A stretch of 63,937 nt of DNA, counting the filler, from Jimgerdemannia flammicorona (lineage: Eukaryota), in NCBI GenBank assembly GCA_003990765.1. It is 3 parts of 3 records of this genome, joined end to end, with 100 filler letters (N's around TTAATTAATTAA, not from the genome) between each part and the next. Parts side by side here need not be neighbours in the genome. Positions count along the whole stretch, not along the records: positions 1 to 21,253 come from RBNJ01001496.1; 2 more parts are not named here. One strand, written 5' to 3'. The translations under genes and the position numbers were made by a program. Below, piece by piece: positions 1 through 12,286 of this stretch (within the stretch, counting starts at the first letter, position 1; the number at the start of each line of letters is the position of its first letter). The notes under the pieces are model-generated. The model did not search any database and was not told the DNA's origin. It saw only the letters and a program-made list of their open reading frames with translations.

Positions 1-946
1 AAAAAAAAAAAAAAGGCCCACGAGTGATCGGCAACAACCTATTGGGTGTAAACAACTCTTCGCAAGTCTCGACGCCGATACACGTGTCTGTCGTAGCGAT
101 GACCGCATCGCCGAAGGGAACGGTGATCTGAATAATAGGAATGACCGTAAATTGATGATCCCAGGGTCAAATGCAATGTTCCGATATATTTACGGTAATA
201 TATTGAAGTCCCTGCCTGTTCCGTAATCTGTTGTATCATCCTCGGCAAGTAATGATCTTCAACCACACGCTTCTGTATCCATGGTGTGAAGAAGCGCATC
301 TCTCTGTAATTGCCATCGTTGGCGAGGTACATCTTGGGACGGATCAGAAGGATCTTGCCGTTCAAGACAATGACGCGACAATTGTACTTGAAAGTCTTGT
401 GCATGACAGGCCTTAAAAGTCCATGAAAATAATTCTAGCTTGAATCTACAATGCAACTCGCGAAATTTAAATATCAATGCCGCGACTCCATAATGAGGAC
501 TTACATGCCCACGTCGAGTAAGATTCCGTGTGTTTCCTCATTGTTGAGAATAATTGATAGCATCTCCCATGAGTGAAGGTAGGTGTCGCCTTTGTTTTTG
601 CGATCAATAAGCCGGATGTTTAGTATTTTTTTGTTGAATCGATCGTGTACCAAGGCAGTAAACAGGAAAATACACACACCCTCCAAAAAATGGTCGAAGC
701 AGCCATATCCGCTATAATGCGCGGGTGCGTAAACGTTGAATAATTAAATGACATGGTGCAGCGCTACTGCTGGAGAAGACGCGTCGGCTCTCATACCAAC
801 CTGATTTCGAGTTCAGGACCGACGCGCAGAGTTGCGCCACGCTTCTTGGCAATTCGGATACTCTCGAGAATGCGATTTAAATTTCCTTCGAAGTCGAGGG
901 CCCATTGGTTGAGCGCGCACGTCGCAACGGTAATCAAGTGCCCCAT
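1..946 (-). CDS. QNS1: Glutamine-dependent NAD+ synthetase, 5' exons (gene continues beyond window start)
   Basis: ATG at 946: [48 protein letters not shown]. Later exons give [47 protein letters not shown] and [22 protein letters not shown] (nitrilase-like glutaminase domain). GT-AG introns. Confidence 0.95.
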
Positions 947-1105
947 TGTTGGCTCCAAAATGTAGAGAGCGGAGTGTGTGCAACGCCAAATCACGCGTCG
1001 TTCGCCAACGTCACCACACACGCCACAAAGGGAAAATATATCAACAAACACGAGTCGGACCTTCGCCACTTGTCTCCCAACTCTCACCCAAGAACTACCT
1101 CCAAC
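947..1105. promoter_or_regulatory. Short bidirectional promoter between QNS1 and SmE
   Basis: Divergent ATGs at 946 (-) and 1106 (+) with only 159 bp between them. Confidence 0.6.
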
Positions 1106-1797
1106 ATGGCGTCAAAAGTCCAGAAGATTATGGTTCAGCCCATTGTACGTTGCTCGTTTTTTCTTCTCATTGATATTCTATTATTACATTGGGATTCTTA
1201 GCTCACCCATATGCGCACTTGTTTTCTTAGAACCTGATTTTCAGGTATCTTCAGAATGTATGTGTCCAGTACAGTGTTTCCATCACCTGGTGTTATCCGA
1301 TGCCTTTTTAATTTCATTCACAATGCCAATCCAATTACACCTAACGCTGCTTTGCAGAAAGCCAAAGTTCAGATTTGGCTCTATGAGCAGTTGGATATGA
1401 GGATCGAAGGCCGTATCATTGTATGCATTCTATTATATGCCTTTCGCCCACATGCCAATCCAGGTTTTTGTATAATTTTAAACCCACTGTCCTTTAACTC
1501 CTTAATACTTATTACCTCTGTTAATAGGGCTTCGACGAGTTCATGAACCTCGTCTTGGATGACGCCGAGGAGGTGAACGCGAAGAAGAGCACGCGAAAGG
1601 CACTGGGTATGTGGTTTTTGCCCCTTGTCTCCGTTCGGACGGTCGCACCCAAAGCAACAATCGTTATTTCCGAATGATTCTGGATGGCACGTACCCTGGT
1701 GCTAATACCATTTTGATCATTTATCCACGCCATTCTACCAGGCCGCATACTATTGAAGGGTGATAACATTACGCTGATTCAAGCATTGGGGTCATAA
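1106..1797 (+). CDS. SME1: Small nuclear ribonucleoprotein Sm E; exons 1106-1144, 1231-1257, 1358-1420, 1528-1606, 1742-1797
   Basis: Spliced product [87 protein letters not shown]. All introns GT-AG. Confidence 0.97.
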
Positions 1798-2251
1798 TGC
1801 TCGAGTTATACTCGCATATGTGGGTTTGGCTGCGGGTCGCTAGCGTGTCGTTCGGGTTGAGATTGAAAGCATGAGGGGATAATAGGGACGTTCAGATAAA
1901 CGAACGTGATGTGTGATTGGGACACGCACTGGTGAATTCAACGTATTTTTGTTATTTGTCCCTTCTGTCACTTTCAAACCTTTGAGATATTGTATAGATC
2001 CTTGCAATTATCGCGCATGCGTGGAAAGGTTGTGAATTTTGGAAAACAAATTTGAGGACGCTATGTACAGGAGCTCAACAATGGTGTCATGGCAGGCAAG
2101 CAAAATAATTAAAGATTGCAATATAAATCTAGAAGGTACCAATCAGAGGCTAGTCTTCCTCCCTCCCAAATATATATATACATCCACAACGCACTAATGA
2201 ATTCGAGCAAAGAAATCCGACCAAACTCAATAAAATGACACTCATCATTGC

Positions 2252-3796
2252 TCATTGTTCATTTCTTACACTCATAAGCCTTTCCAGAAACTTCGAGTGC
2301 GACATCACTGGCGACTGGTCCAAGCCATCGCTGCTGCTCTTGAACTCGAGTCTGCGCGAGCTCGACTTCGTCAAGACCACCGACGGGGTATCCTGAAATG
2401 GCATCGAGAACGATTCAGTAACATTACATAATTATGACTTGTCGCATCGTGAGCGTTGACTCTCGACTCACCTTGATAGGACTCTCGCCGTGATTCCATA
2501 ATGTCGACGTTAGTGGTGTCATGTACTTCGGCGTTGGCTGATCCATCATGGATTGCACCCGTTGCCGAGTAGGCGTCATAAAGCCGTTGACATTGGGCGC
2601 GGGTTTTGGGCGCCGTGGCGAGTTCGGAATTCGCAAGTTTGTTGGCATGGGTGCGCGAGGAACGAGCAAAATGCCTTCCGCAGTTTTCCCCTGAATGCAC
2701 ATGGAGCATAAAAAAATGAGTTAGAGAAATCAGAAACGGTACCGTGGAGGATATAAAGGGTCATACAAAATCACCGATCGCTCACATTGGACTTCGCTGC
2801 GTATAGTACGTCCTTGACATTCGGCAAAAAAATCTTGTTGTAATACTGGACAATGTCTGTGTGCGGTGCGCCTTCGCTAATGTATACATTCCTAAATATC
2901 TATATCATCGAATAGATATTGGAGTTAGTTTCTATGTTCAACGCAAAATATATAGCACTTGAGAGTTAAGGATATAAATTTGTATCAGCTCACCTCGCCC
3001 ATATACTGTGGCTGTTGCCGATACGCTGAAACGATCTTGTTGAATGGTACGTTTAACCCATTGAGTTTGGAAACACCGAACACAACGCACATCATAACTA
3101 AGTCTGTATGCCGGCGCTGGAGCATCCGAAGCTTCAACTCGTTGTCCAGCGTCCAGATAAGTACATCCCAACCCTGTTTTAGATTCGTAGGGGACGTTAG
3201 ATTCAAAAATATTGACTAGAAAATTTGTGCTCGAACACGATTCTCACCTGTCGTATCACTGTCTCTGGAAGCATTAATGTCTTCGACAAGGCCAACAACC
3301 GTGTGTGTACCATTCGATAGAGCTTACGGAAGAACAGATTCAGGGGTTCGATCCTAGTCTTGGGTTTGATCATCATGCTATTGCCTTCCTGTCCAGGATC
3401 TTCGGATGCCATCGAGACCGCCACTTCATAACAGAAGCCTGATGTCCGTTCCGACATGTCTAATAGAACTTGGGCTTGACGGAAGAATAGAATAATTGTG
3501 CAACAATAAATCAGCGTGAAATCTTGGTCGGTATAACTATATCCTTTATGTCGCGACTCTACATACATACCTTGAGCAGTCATACCTCCTTGCTGAGCAA
3601 TTTCAGAATCAGTACGCAACAATGTGTAGAGCGGATCCTCTTCCCTCCAAACCTCAGACTCGAGAATTCTTTCTTCGATTTCCTTCATCCGCCTCACGCA
3701 CGGCCAGGGCAACTATAAGCAAGAATTTGCATCTAATCATTACTTGATTGAACACATTCACTGTACCCAGCCAATAAAACATGAGGGATGAAGAAG

Positions 3797-3838
<42 letters not shown>

Positions 3839-6800
3839 AAAAAAAAAAAAAAAAAGGAAAAAAAAAACACTCACCCTGCTCTGTTCCCTCCTGACAATCA
3901 TCTCAATCACCAACCCGAACTCAAAAGGCCGAACTTTGAAAGCGTACAAGAATTCTTGGAAAGTCATAGACTCAATGCGGAAGGCGAACCGAAGCAGCTC
4001 CACTGCACAAGTCATCACTGAGCGGTGATAGGCTTCTTGATGGAGAAGGTGTGACATGTCCTTCTTCTTGAGTCTGGTCTGCTCGGCGATCAACATATTT
4101 TCGAATATCCTAAGAAATTATGTTATGATACGTCAAACGACCATCAAGTCAAATAGATCTCACATGTAAGAAACGATGGATGCATTCGACATACCTCCAA
4201 TGAAGTTTTATGGCCATATTCCAAATATCCATTTTGCTCTTAGCTTTGTTCGTGAACCAGTCTATGAAATGAAAGGCGGATGTCAATAACGGTACACTAT
4301 ATTTAGCGAAAGGCAAAATGAGCGATGTGTTCATACTCACTCAAAACATCGTGTACACGCCCCATCATAGACCGATACGGGTTGCCCTTCAAACATGCAG
4401 CAAAGAAAGCTTGCATCGTCGGTGTCGGTTCGATTGTCTATCAACCATTAGAACAGAACCGAAAGCATCAGAAAACCGTGGAACCATGAATAGACGTCAA
4501 CCATCCACAACTAATGTATCAAATAGCACATACATCAGCTTCACATAATCGCGTCAGCCTGTTCTGCGTCTCTTCGAGCTCATCCACGAGACCACTTCGC
4601 TTATTTTGGGATCGCGATGATAGTGTTCTGGCCGTCAACGGAGTTGACGGCATTTGTTGCTGATAGTGTTGCAAACAGAACGGACGCAAAATTAAGTAAT
4701 GTATGACCATCCGAAAGTAAGAAGAGCACTTGCTAACCAATTGGCACAGAAGATATATTGTAAATGCACCACATACGTTGTATACGCTCGCTTTCTGTAA
4801 TACAGGTAAAAGGCTTCTCGCTGCCGGCGATTTGACACCCTCTGGGGTTCGTGGCATTCGCTGCCTAATCTTCCGTGGGGTTTCTGTATATGAGAATATG
4901 ATTTAGTAACATAAAACCTTCATAATTCCCACCCCACTGCACGAACCCGGCAATCGAAAGAGACGTACCAAGGCCCTTATTCCGAACATAGAGCGACCGC
5001 CCGTCAAAATCGATCCCCTGCTGATGCAGCAGGAGCTCGTATTCGTACTCCATCTTCTTGATATTAGACACGAGGAAACATTCATTTCGATGACGGTTGA
5101 AAGCCTGCGGAAAGCGCGGCCACAGAAACCCGGATATGGGCTCATGCTCCCCTAAGTTGAGGCGACCACTTCCAAAAAACGCCTTTTATAGGGTTCAAAA
5201 TAATAGGAGAGGTCAAAGAAGTACTGTGTAGGTCACATTTAAAACAACCAGCATCACGCAAACGATGGCAACATACCTCAACACACTTCAAAAATGTTGT
5301 CCGCTCAACAAGCAAATAATCCTGCCATGATACGCCTAGATTTCTACACATGAGCTGCTTAATAGTGTCATGGTATACCAGCCAGTCTCCAGCTTCCATA
5401 TCTGAGCTAACAAGCATTGCCGGTACTGAGTAGAGACCAGGCTGGTTGTCATTCTTGCTGAGGCGGTTGCGAACTGCACGATAGTTAATCGAAATGAATC
5501 AGCTTGGTGTGGCCGATACTCGGCAATCTCATAATGACATCAAACAGTGACTAAACTTACTGTCGGAAAAACCTCGGCGGAATGTCTTGTCCACTTGTGT
5601 GGCAGCAAAATTGACACAGCACATAGCATAAACTAGACCCACAGATACTGTCCATCGTTCTTTCGGCAAGAGCTCATCTACAATTGAATCGATAGGTTGC
5701 GTAATGGCTTTTTAACATAATCTAATCTTATTTCCATCAGACAACAATATGCTTACCTTTGATCAGCAGGAAAAATAACCACGTGAAGCGATGCATATCT
5801 TCAGGGTAGGAATCCAGATCCATCCGCGTGGCAGCGATAAAATCGTATCGCAAAATGACGTGGAAAAGATCGTTAAACTTATTATAAACCTGCTGGATCA
5901 CATTATGACCATTTTCAAGTTGCGATGCTGATTCCTCAACGTGCCGTTTGGTAGCATCAGTGAGGTCGAGGTGAGATTTGGGCAGAAAATCCTTGAGCCC
6001 TCGGAGGAACTGGGTCATACTAGTGCCATGCGGAAGAAAGAACAATAAGATATCGTCCCCTTCTTTTTTGGTCAATCAAGGAAATGCACTCATAAGACAT
6101 GGGCATTAGTTCCTACCTCATCTTGCAGCAATTCAGAATAGAGGTCAACGTAATCCTGTGGCCAACGCGCTGTACCTTTCCTGCAATCCATATTGTGCAG
6201 ACGCTCCATGCACTCTCGAAGGGGAACTGAATGATATTTGCAAAGTGTTAAGGCGAGATTTTGTAAATGTACTGCATCCAATAGACTTTAACCGTATGCA
6301 TGCAACAGTTCTACCTATTACTGCTACCTACTTCTTGACCATGAAAGGGGCTGAAATTGGATAGATACGCCTTTTCCAGCATGTTCCAACTAAGCTGCAG
6401 CGAGGCCACGTCAAGGTTCAACGGCGCCGCAAGGTCCTCGTGCGCCTGTTGCAGCCTCTTCAACCACTCGGTTTTTACGGTGCTTCCGACCGAATCATCG
6501 TTGATGATGGGGTGAGGACGCCGGGGGATATCTTCCATTCCAGGTGGGCGGGACCGTTTGCGAGATTGCGATGACGGCGTAGGTGAAACTGGCCGTGCTA
6601 TCGAACGCGATGATCTCGCAGGGACATTGCTCTGGGGCTGAACGATGTTGCTATGGCTGACTGTGGTGGCTGCCAAGCGACCAGAAGGAAGACGCACTTC
6701 TGGCACGGTAGTCCGTGTAGGCTGAGTTGGTTGATGGGAGAGCCAAGAACTTGACGTTCTCTGGGCTCTTACAGATGGTAACGATGGGGTAACTCTCCGA

Positions 6801-6910
6801 CGCTTTGGCTCAATGCTGACGTCCAGCATTTCGCTGTCCTCCGGATCTGGCGTGGACATTCGCCGTTTGCCGTGTAATTTCGAGGTTCGACGTGGTGGTG
6901 TTGTAGCCAT
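2252..6910 (-). CDS. Retinoblastoma-family pocket protein (multi-exon)
   Basis: Pocket A (YHRSVMTCAVELLRFAF..PFEFGLVIEMIVRRE..LPWPCVRRMKEIEERILESEVW) and pocket B (LNLFFRKLYRMVHTRLLALS; MLQRRHTDLVMMCVVFGVSKL..FNKIVSAYRQQPQ; IFRNVYI..DIVQYYNKIFLPNVK). S/T-P rich termini. Last exon DTPSVVLTKSSSRRLEFKSSSDGLDQSPVMSHSKFLERLMSVRNEQ* stops at 2252. Start at 6910 (MATTPPRR) is inferred. Confidence 0.9.
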
Positions 6911-6989
6911 TGGGAGGTCGTGTGTGCGGTTGTGCAGGTGTTTATAATGAGGAAGAACAAGGTTGCTATTTACAAAAGTGACGACCTCC

Positions 6990-7203
6990 ACGCGTCTTTG
7001 GACCAACAAACCCGGAGCTGTGGCTGTTGTGTGACGCGTCACGTAAACTCCTTTTGACGCGTCTTGTGCTAGCTCGACAGGAGGTTTTATGACAAACAGT
7101 AGTGCTGAAAATTCGACACTTCTTTGCAACTGAAGGCAGAGACTACGAGGTAAGTCGTATGTTTTGACAATTGCCCCAAACACTGGAGTCGAGGTTAACG
7201 CGT
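6990..7203. promoter_or_regulatory. Cluster of four MCB (ACGCGT) boxes upstream of the Rb gene
   Basis: ACGCGT at 6990, 7034 (within palindrome GTGACGCGTCAC), 7057 and 7198. Confidence 0.6.
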
Positions 7204-9306
7204 CGATAGTGTGTGAAAGCGAGAGACACTGGCAGATGCTATACTATTTGTGTGGACGGGGGCTATATGAAAATGTCGCTGTTACTATTGTTGCTGTGTA
7301 GACTGTCAATTTCCCAATTACAAATTGAACTCGTCTCTTGGAATATTTTTTTTTTTTTTTTTGAAGTCATTGGCTAATTATCAATCCAAAAAGAAAACGT
7401 ACCAGAATGGTAGAGTATATAAACATAGGAGAAGGAGAGTAAAAACAAAAAGGCTCACGTTTGACCCATTGCTATCATACTCTATACCCAACTATGTGGG
7501 ATTATGTTTTGAAAATAATGAGCAGACAGACAAACAGACACACAGCTCGATCTAAGAGGAAGATTTACCATCTCAAAATATCCACCGATACGTCAAGAGC
7601 TAATATAATCTCAAAGCGCGTCAGTAACCTCGAAGTAAGCAGCAGCAACTATTCCAATGGCTCACGCCAGTTACTCTGTTCCATCGCGGATGAAGTGTTC
7701 TATTACACCCTGCTGCTCCAAGGTAGCTTCATCCGGAATACTAATGGAAACGGCGACGTGGGGGTGGTAAGAGGTAAGGCATTAAAAGTATTACGATGAA
7801 CATACCTCGTGTTCCAAATCTTCTATTTCGGTGTATTGCTCCCCAGGCTATGAAGACATAGGATGGATTGACGTAAATAGAAACATGAGATGCTGCCTGC
7901 CACTGGGTCATCTGTGCTACGGAATGTTTTGTTGCTATGTAAACAATGAACACCTTCAGTAGATTAAAATTGATTGTGTTGGTCTTGGAAGCCTCTGTTT
8001 CCACCATGCATTCTCCCCACACAAAACAATCTAACCCCGCAACAGCAACAAAGAATCGCACATCCAGTTATCCAAACGTCGAACAAATGACTCTCCTCCA
8101 CAACCTCCCACGACCCTATTGGTTCCTGCATATGTCCATCCCTCTGACTTTGTCCAACCCCACAAAATCCCCCACCTCCTTAGAAGCCAATGCGGCATGT
8201 GGTTCTTCACACTATAAACTACCTTAGGCGAACGTGGCTATATTACCAAGAAGTTTGGAGTAACATTGTAATTATATTGCTGCGCTATTAATTTGATAAA
8301 ATCGGTGATAGAGCTCTATGGTGCGTTTCGAGCCTTGGATCCAGTATTACCGACTTCGAATCTTATGGTACGTGGCTTTTCGGCACGCACGGTGTCGCCA
8401 TGCCGAGAGTTATTCTAATTATATACTGGGAAGTTTTGTTTCTTGATAGATAAGAATTCTACGTTTGCGGCGGTATGACATTGTAATACATGGTGGGAAC
8501 AACGATAATTGGGAAAAGTCCGAGTCTAAATCTAAAGCTGTTTTCGGAGAGATTAACAATCACTTAATTAATACCAACAATACGGAACTGCAACTTTCCG
8601 TTAGCTACTCCAAATCGTGTATATACCTAATTTCATCGCCCTAGAAATTACGGGGAAATTTATGATACGTTGACATCCAAACCACCACCAATCCTCCCGT
8701 TCTCTCTCGGTCTCTCGGAAAAAGCAGCGATGGCTGAGTTTTCGTGAATGGTTCGATGGGAAATTGGGTGTTGGATTGCATTTTAACTCGAACGCTATTA
8801 TGTTGTCCCTGTATTTTAAATGTGCCCCTCGCTCATGTGACAAAACTATTCGAACTGCATGCTTCGACAAACTAAAGTTATTGTTGACCGCAAACCCTAT
8901 TACCGACTGCAATGCTAATGCAGGTGTATCGCCAGGACAGCCTAGGAAATCGGAAAAGCCCATTCATTAGACTCGTGGCGCCAGAAAGCCTGTACAGCGG
9001 AAGCCAAAAGTATGATGAAAAGGTTATTTCGAGAGCAGTTTTGATAGATACGTGGGAATATTTCGATGGCAATACATCACAAATGTATTTGTTATGGGAT
9101 TGGCGAAATATTACATGCGTCAGAATCATAATTTATTTGAAGTTAGAGAAGGGGGAAATGCGAGACTCGATAAGGGGCTAAGTTCTATTGAAGAAGAAGA
9201 GTATTCTCAGAGCGCAAAAAACAGTTATTGTGGACAGTAGAGTCAGGGGATTTTTTATGCCGAATTTATTTAAGGAATCAGTCAGCTAATTTAAATCAAC
9301 TGGGGG

Positions 9307-12286
9307 TTAGTTTAAGTCGAAAATCACGCGACATTCTCGGTCACTTGCTCCATCGCCCAATTTCTCAGATATCGCCACGTTTATCATGGTGTCCTCATCC
9401 GACCGAGTTGAGCGAACCGTCGACTTCCTCAACTTCTCGCTCCCACCCCCGTCTGTCGATCGGGGCTGAGTCTGCAAGAACAGGGTTGCAATGAAAGCCA
9501 ACCCCGCACAAGGAATGAGGACGTACCATAGTACCGAAAAGCTCTGCACGTAGCACGTGATTGCGTCGTGCTGCTGGTCTGAGGTCAGGTTCTGGCGCAG
9601 GAAAGTCGTCGACCGGATGGTAGGCTGGACGAGATCCGCAGGGAGAACCCGCGGGAGGCAGGATGTGAGGGAGTTGTTCAAGGTGGCTGAGCAGACGGCT
9701 GCAAAGGTGGCAAAGGTTAGGTTGAGGGTTGGAGGAGATCGCAATGTACGCCATGTACGATTGCAACGCGTCAATACTCACCAACACCTACGGCGCCTCC
9801 GAGGATCTGGAAGAAGTTGCCAACAGAAGTAGCGATGGCTATAGGGATTGACAATAATTTGTCGGATGCGATGAGAACAACGACGACAATAAACAAAAAT
9901 GTCTTATACCATTTAAGAGATATACTTACCAAGGTCCGAGGGATCACATGACGACTGTTCCGCGATGATAGAGCAGCCAAACATGACACCGGAGCCTGAA
10001 AAAAAAGGGCAACGAATTCAAAGCGGCGACGATCAACAGTATATATCGACGAAATGTTGAGAACTTCGAACATCAAGAGAACCCATACTAAATTACCCTC
10101 GCCCAAGATAAGCTCTACCCGATAAATGGCACTCTCTCACCTATTCCAAATACAACCAAGCTCACATATGTCAACCAATCTGACGTTTGATCAGTCATGA
10201 AGCTCATGATAATCACACCCACTATCGGAAACACCATACCAACGATCATGCTGGAAGAGTAGACGCGATCAATATGCGGACGCAGAAGTAAGAGCAACTT
10301 GCGAATGCATACGGAGATCATCAACTTACAAGATGCGATAGTTGTTGAAGCGAGAGATAAGATAACCCACCAACACGCCGCTAGAGCAAATTCCAACCTC
10401 CAGAAGTATGATGCGCAAACCCGAAACGGTGGCGCTATCGCCACGTACGGCCTTTTGGTGGTGAAAGAAATGTATTAGCGTCGACAATGCGTGATTCCAT
10501 CGAATTGATTGATCATATTGCCCATTTTGCTCGGTACTCACCTGCAAAAACAACGGCATCTCAATGAGCACGCCGTTGAAGGTCATGCCAAAGAACCACT
10601 GCGCGACGTAGGTGGCGGAGATGTTGCGGCTCTTGAATAGGCGCGCAGGGATTACGGGTTCGACCGCGCGTCTAAACTCGACGAACGCTAGAACGACGAT
10701 CAACAACACCGAAGCGACAATACAGGCGATCACGGGGACGCTCATCCATGGGTAGGTGACGCCACCAAAGTTGAGGGCGAGAAGGAGGAGAGTGGCAAAG
10801 GACAGTATGAGGATGGTGCCTGGTGCGCGTGTGAGAAATTGGGAGCGAGCGAAAAGATGAGAATTGTGCAAAAACGACAAGGTTCCGTATGACTTTTGAT
10901 GCAGATTATCAATCACCTGCAAAATCAATGCGCTTCAGTTTTCCCATGAACGATCCCTCTGGCGTGGGTGTTTTCAAATAGAAAATAATGATGATAACTG
11001 TAACAGCACCGATGGGAAGGCTAAGTAAACAGAATGATTAAAATGAGGGTGAGTAAGAAAGTGCGGGCATATAAGTAAAATTTGCAACGACATGGACGGC
11101 GTTGCCTCGACATACTTGATAAAGAATGCCCATTTCCATGAAATATGATCAGTGAAAAAGCTGATAGCAAACAAGTGAAATTAAATAAGTTTAGGTTTAT
11201 ATTATCATGATGTCGGCATAGTTCATTTAGATACTCACCCCTGAAGTGATAGTCCGTGAACCAATGGTGAGAATATCCAAGCAATTTTTGCAAGTTTGTC
11301 AGATAAATGTTTATGTCGTAATAAAGGAAAAGAATAATGAAGGCAGAGGAAATCGTACCCCTATAGATAATAACATCGAAAATGTGAGCCAATCATGAAG
11401 GTTTTGAATAAATGAACCGGTTTACAGTAATTACTTTGCACATACCAATTAAAGGTCCCAGAACGCTCGAGATGCCGAAAACGCCGTTGATAATCCCCAT
11501 ATATTTGCCGCGCTCCCGCAACGGAACGACGTCCGCCACCGTAATAAGAACTAACGCAAGCACCCCAGAACCACCCATCCCCTGGAAGGCTCTGAATATC
11601 ACCAGCATGATAAGGTTGCTGGCGATCCCGCACAGCAACGAACCGGTCAGGAAGATGGCGATGCTGAAGAGCAATGTAACCTTGCGACCAAAGATGTCGG
11701 CAAGCTTGCCATAGATTGGTTGAAATCTGTGGTTCGGATCAGGGTATTGTTAAAAATTCAATGAACGTGAAGGATGGCGGTGTCAAGTGAATTAGCATGC
11801 TTACGCGTCAAATGCTAGAACGTAAGCCGTGACAATCCATACGGCGTTATCCAGTTCATTAAAATCGGAGCCAATTCGTGGTATCGCGGTAGACACAATC
11901 ATACTGAAAAATGCCATAAAAACAAATAAACCATCACTCTGTCATTAGCGCGACTTTCGAAAATATTTTAAGCGATGGTAGAACATAACCAGTACCTATC
12001 AAGCGACGTGAGGAACAACGCTAAATTGAGACTGGAGGAAAGAAGATCATGTCAATTTCAACGATTTCAAGGCTCCGATGTTCGAGACAAGGGCTCACCC
12101 AGTAATGACGACGATGAGTTCTTTGAAAGGCATCGATGTCGTCTCCTCAATCTTACTCGCGTTCTCTTCCACCTGCACTGACGAGAGATCTACAGGCGCG
12201 TTTTTCGGCAGATCCGGGGTCCCAGAATTGGTCTTTGTCGGAGCATTGGATATGTCCATGATCGCGAGTGAAGGGGCGGGAGACAT
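9307..12286 (-). CDS. MFS drug:H+ antiporter (DHA2-type, multi-exon)
   Basis: IVSTAIPRIGSDFN, YGKLADIFGRK (motif A), FRAFQGMGGSG..ADVVPLRERGKYMGII, LNFGGVTYPWMS, EPVIPARLF, ATSVGNFFQILGGAVGV. Confidence 0.9.

Noticed and set aside
2964..2976. ATATCCTTAAC (U12-like) on the minus strand in an Rb intron
   Set aside because: Internal to a normal GTGAG..ACTAAC..TAG intron that already gives the right frame.
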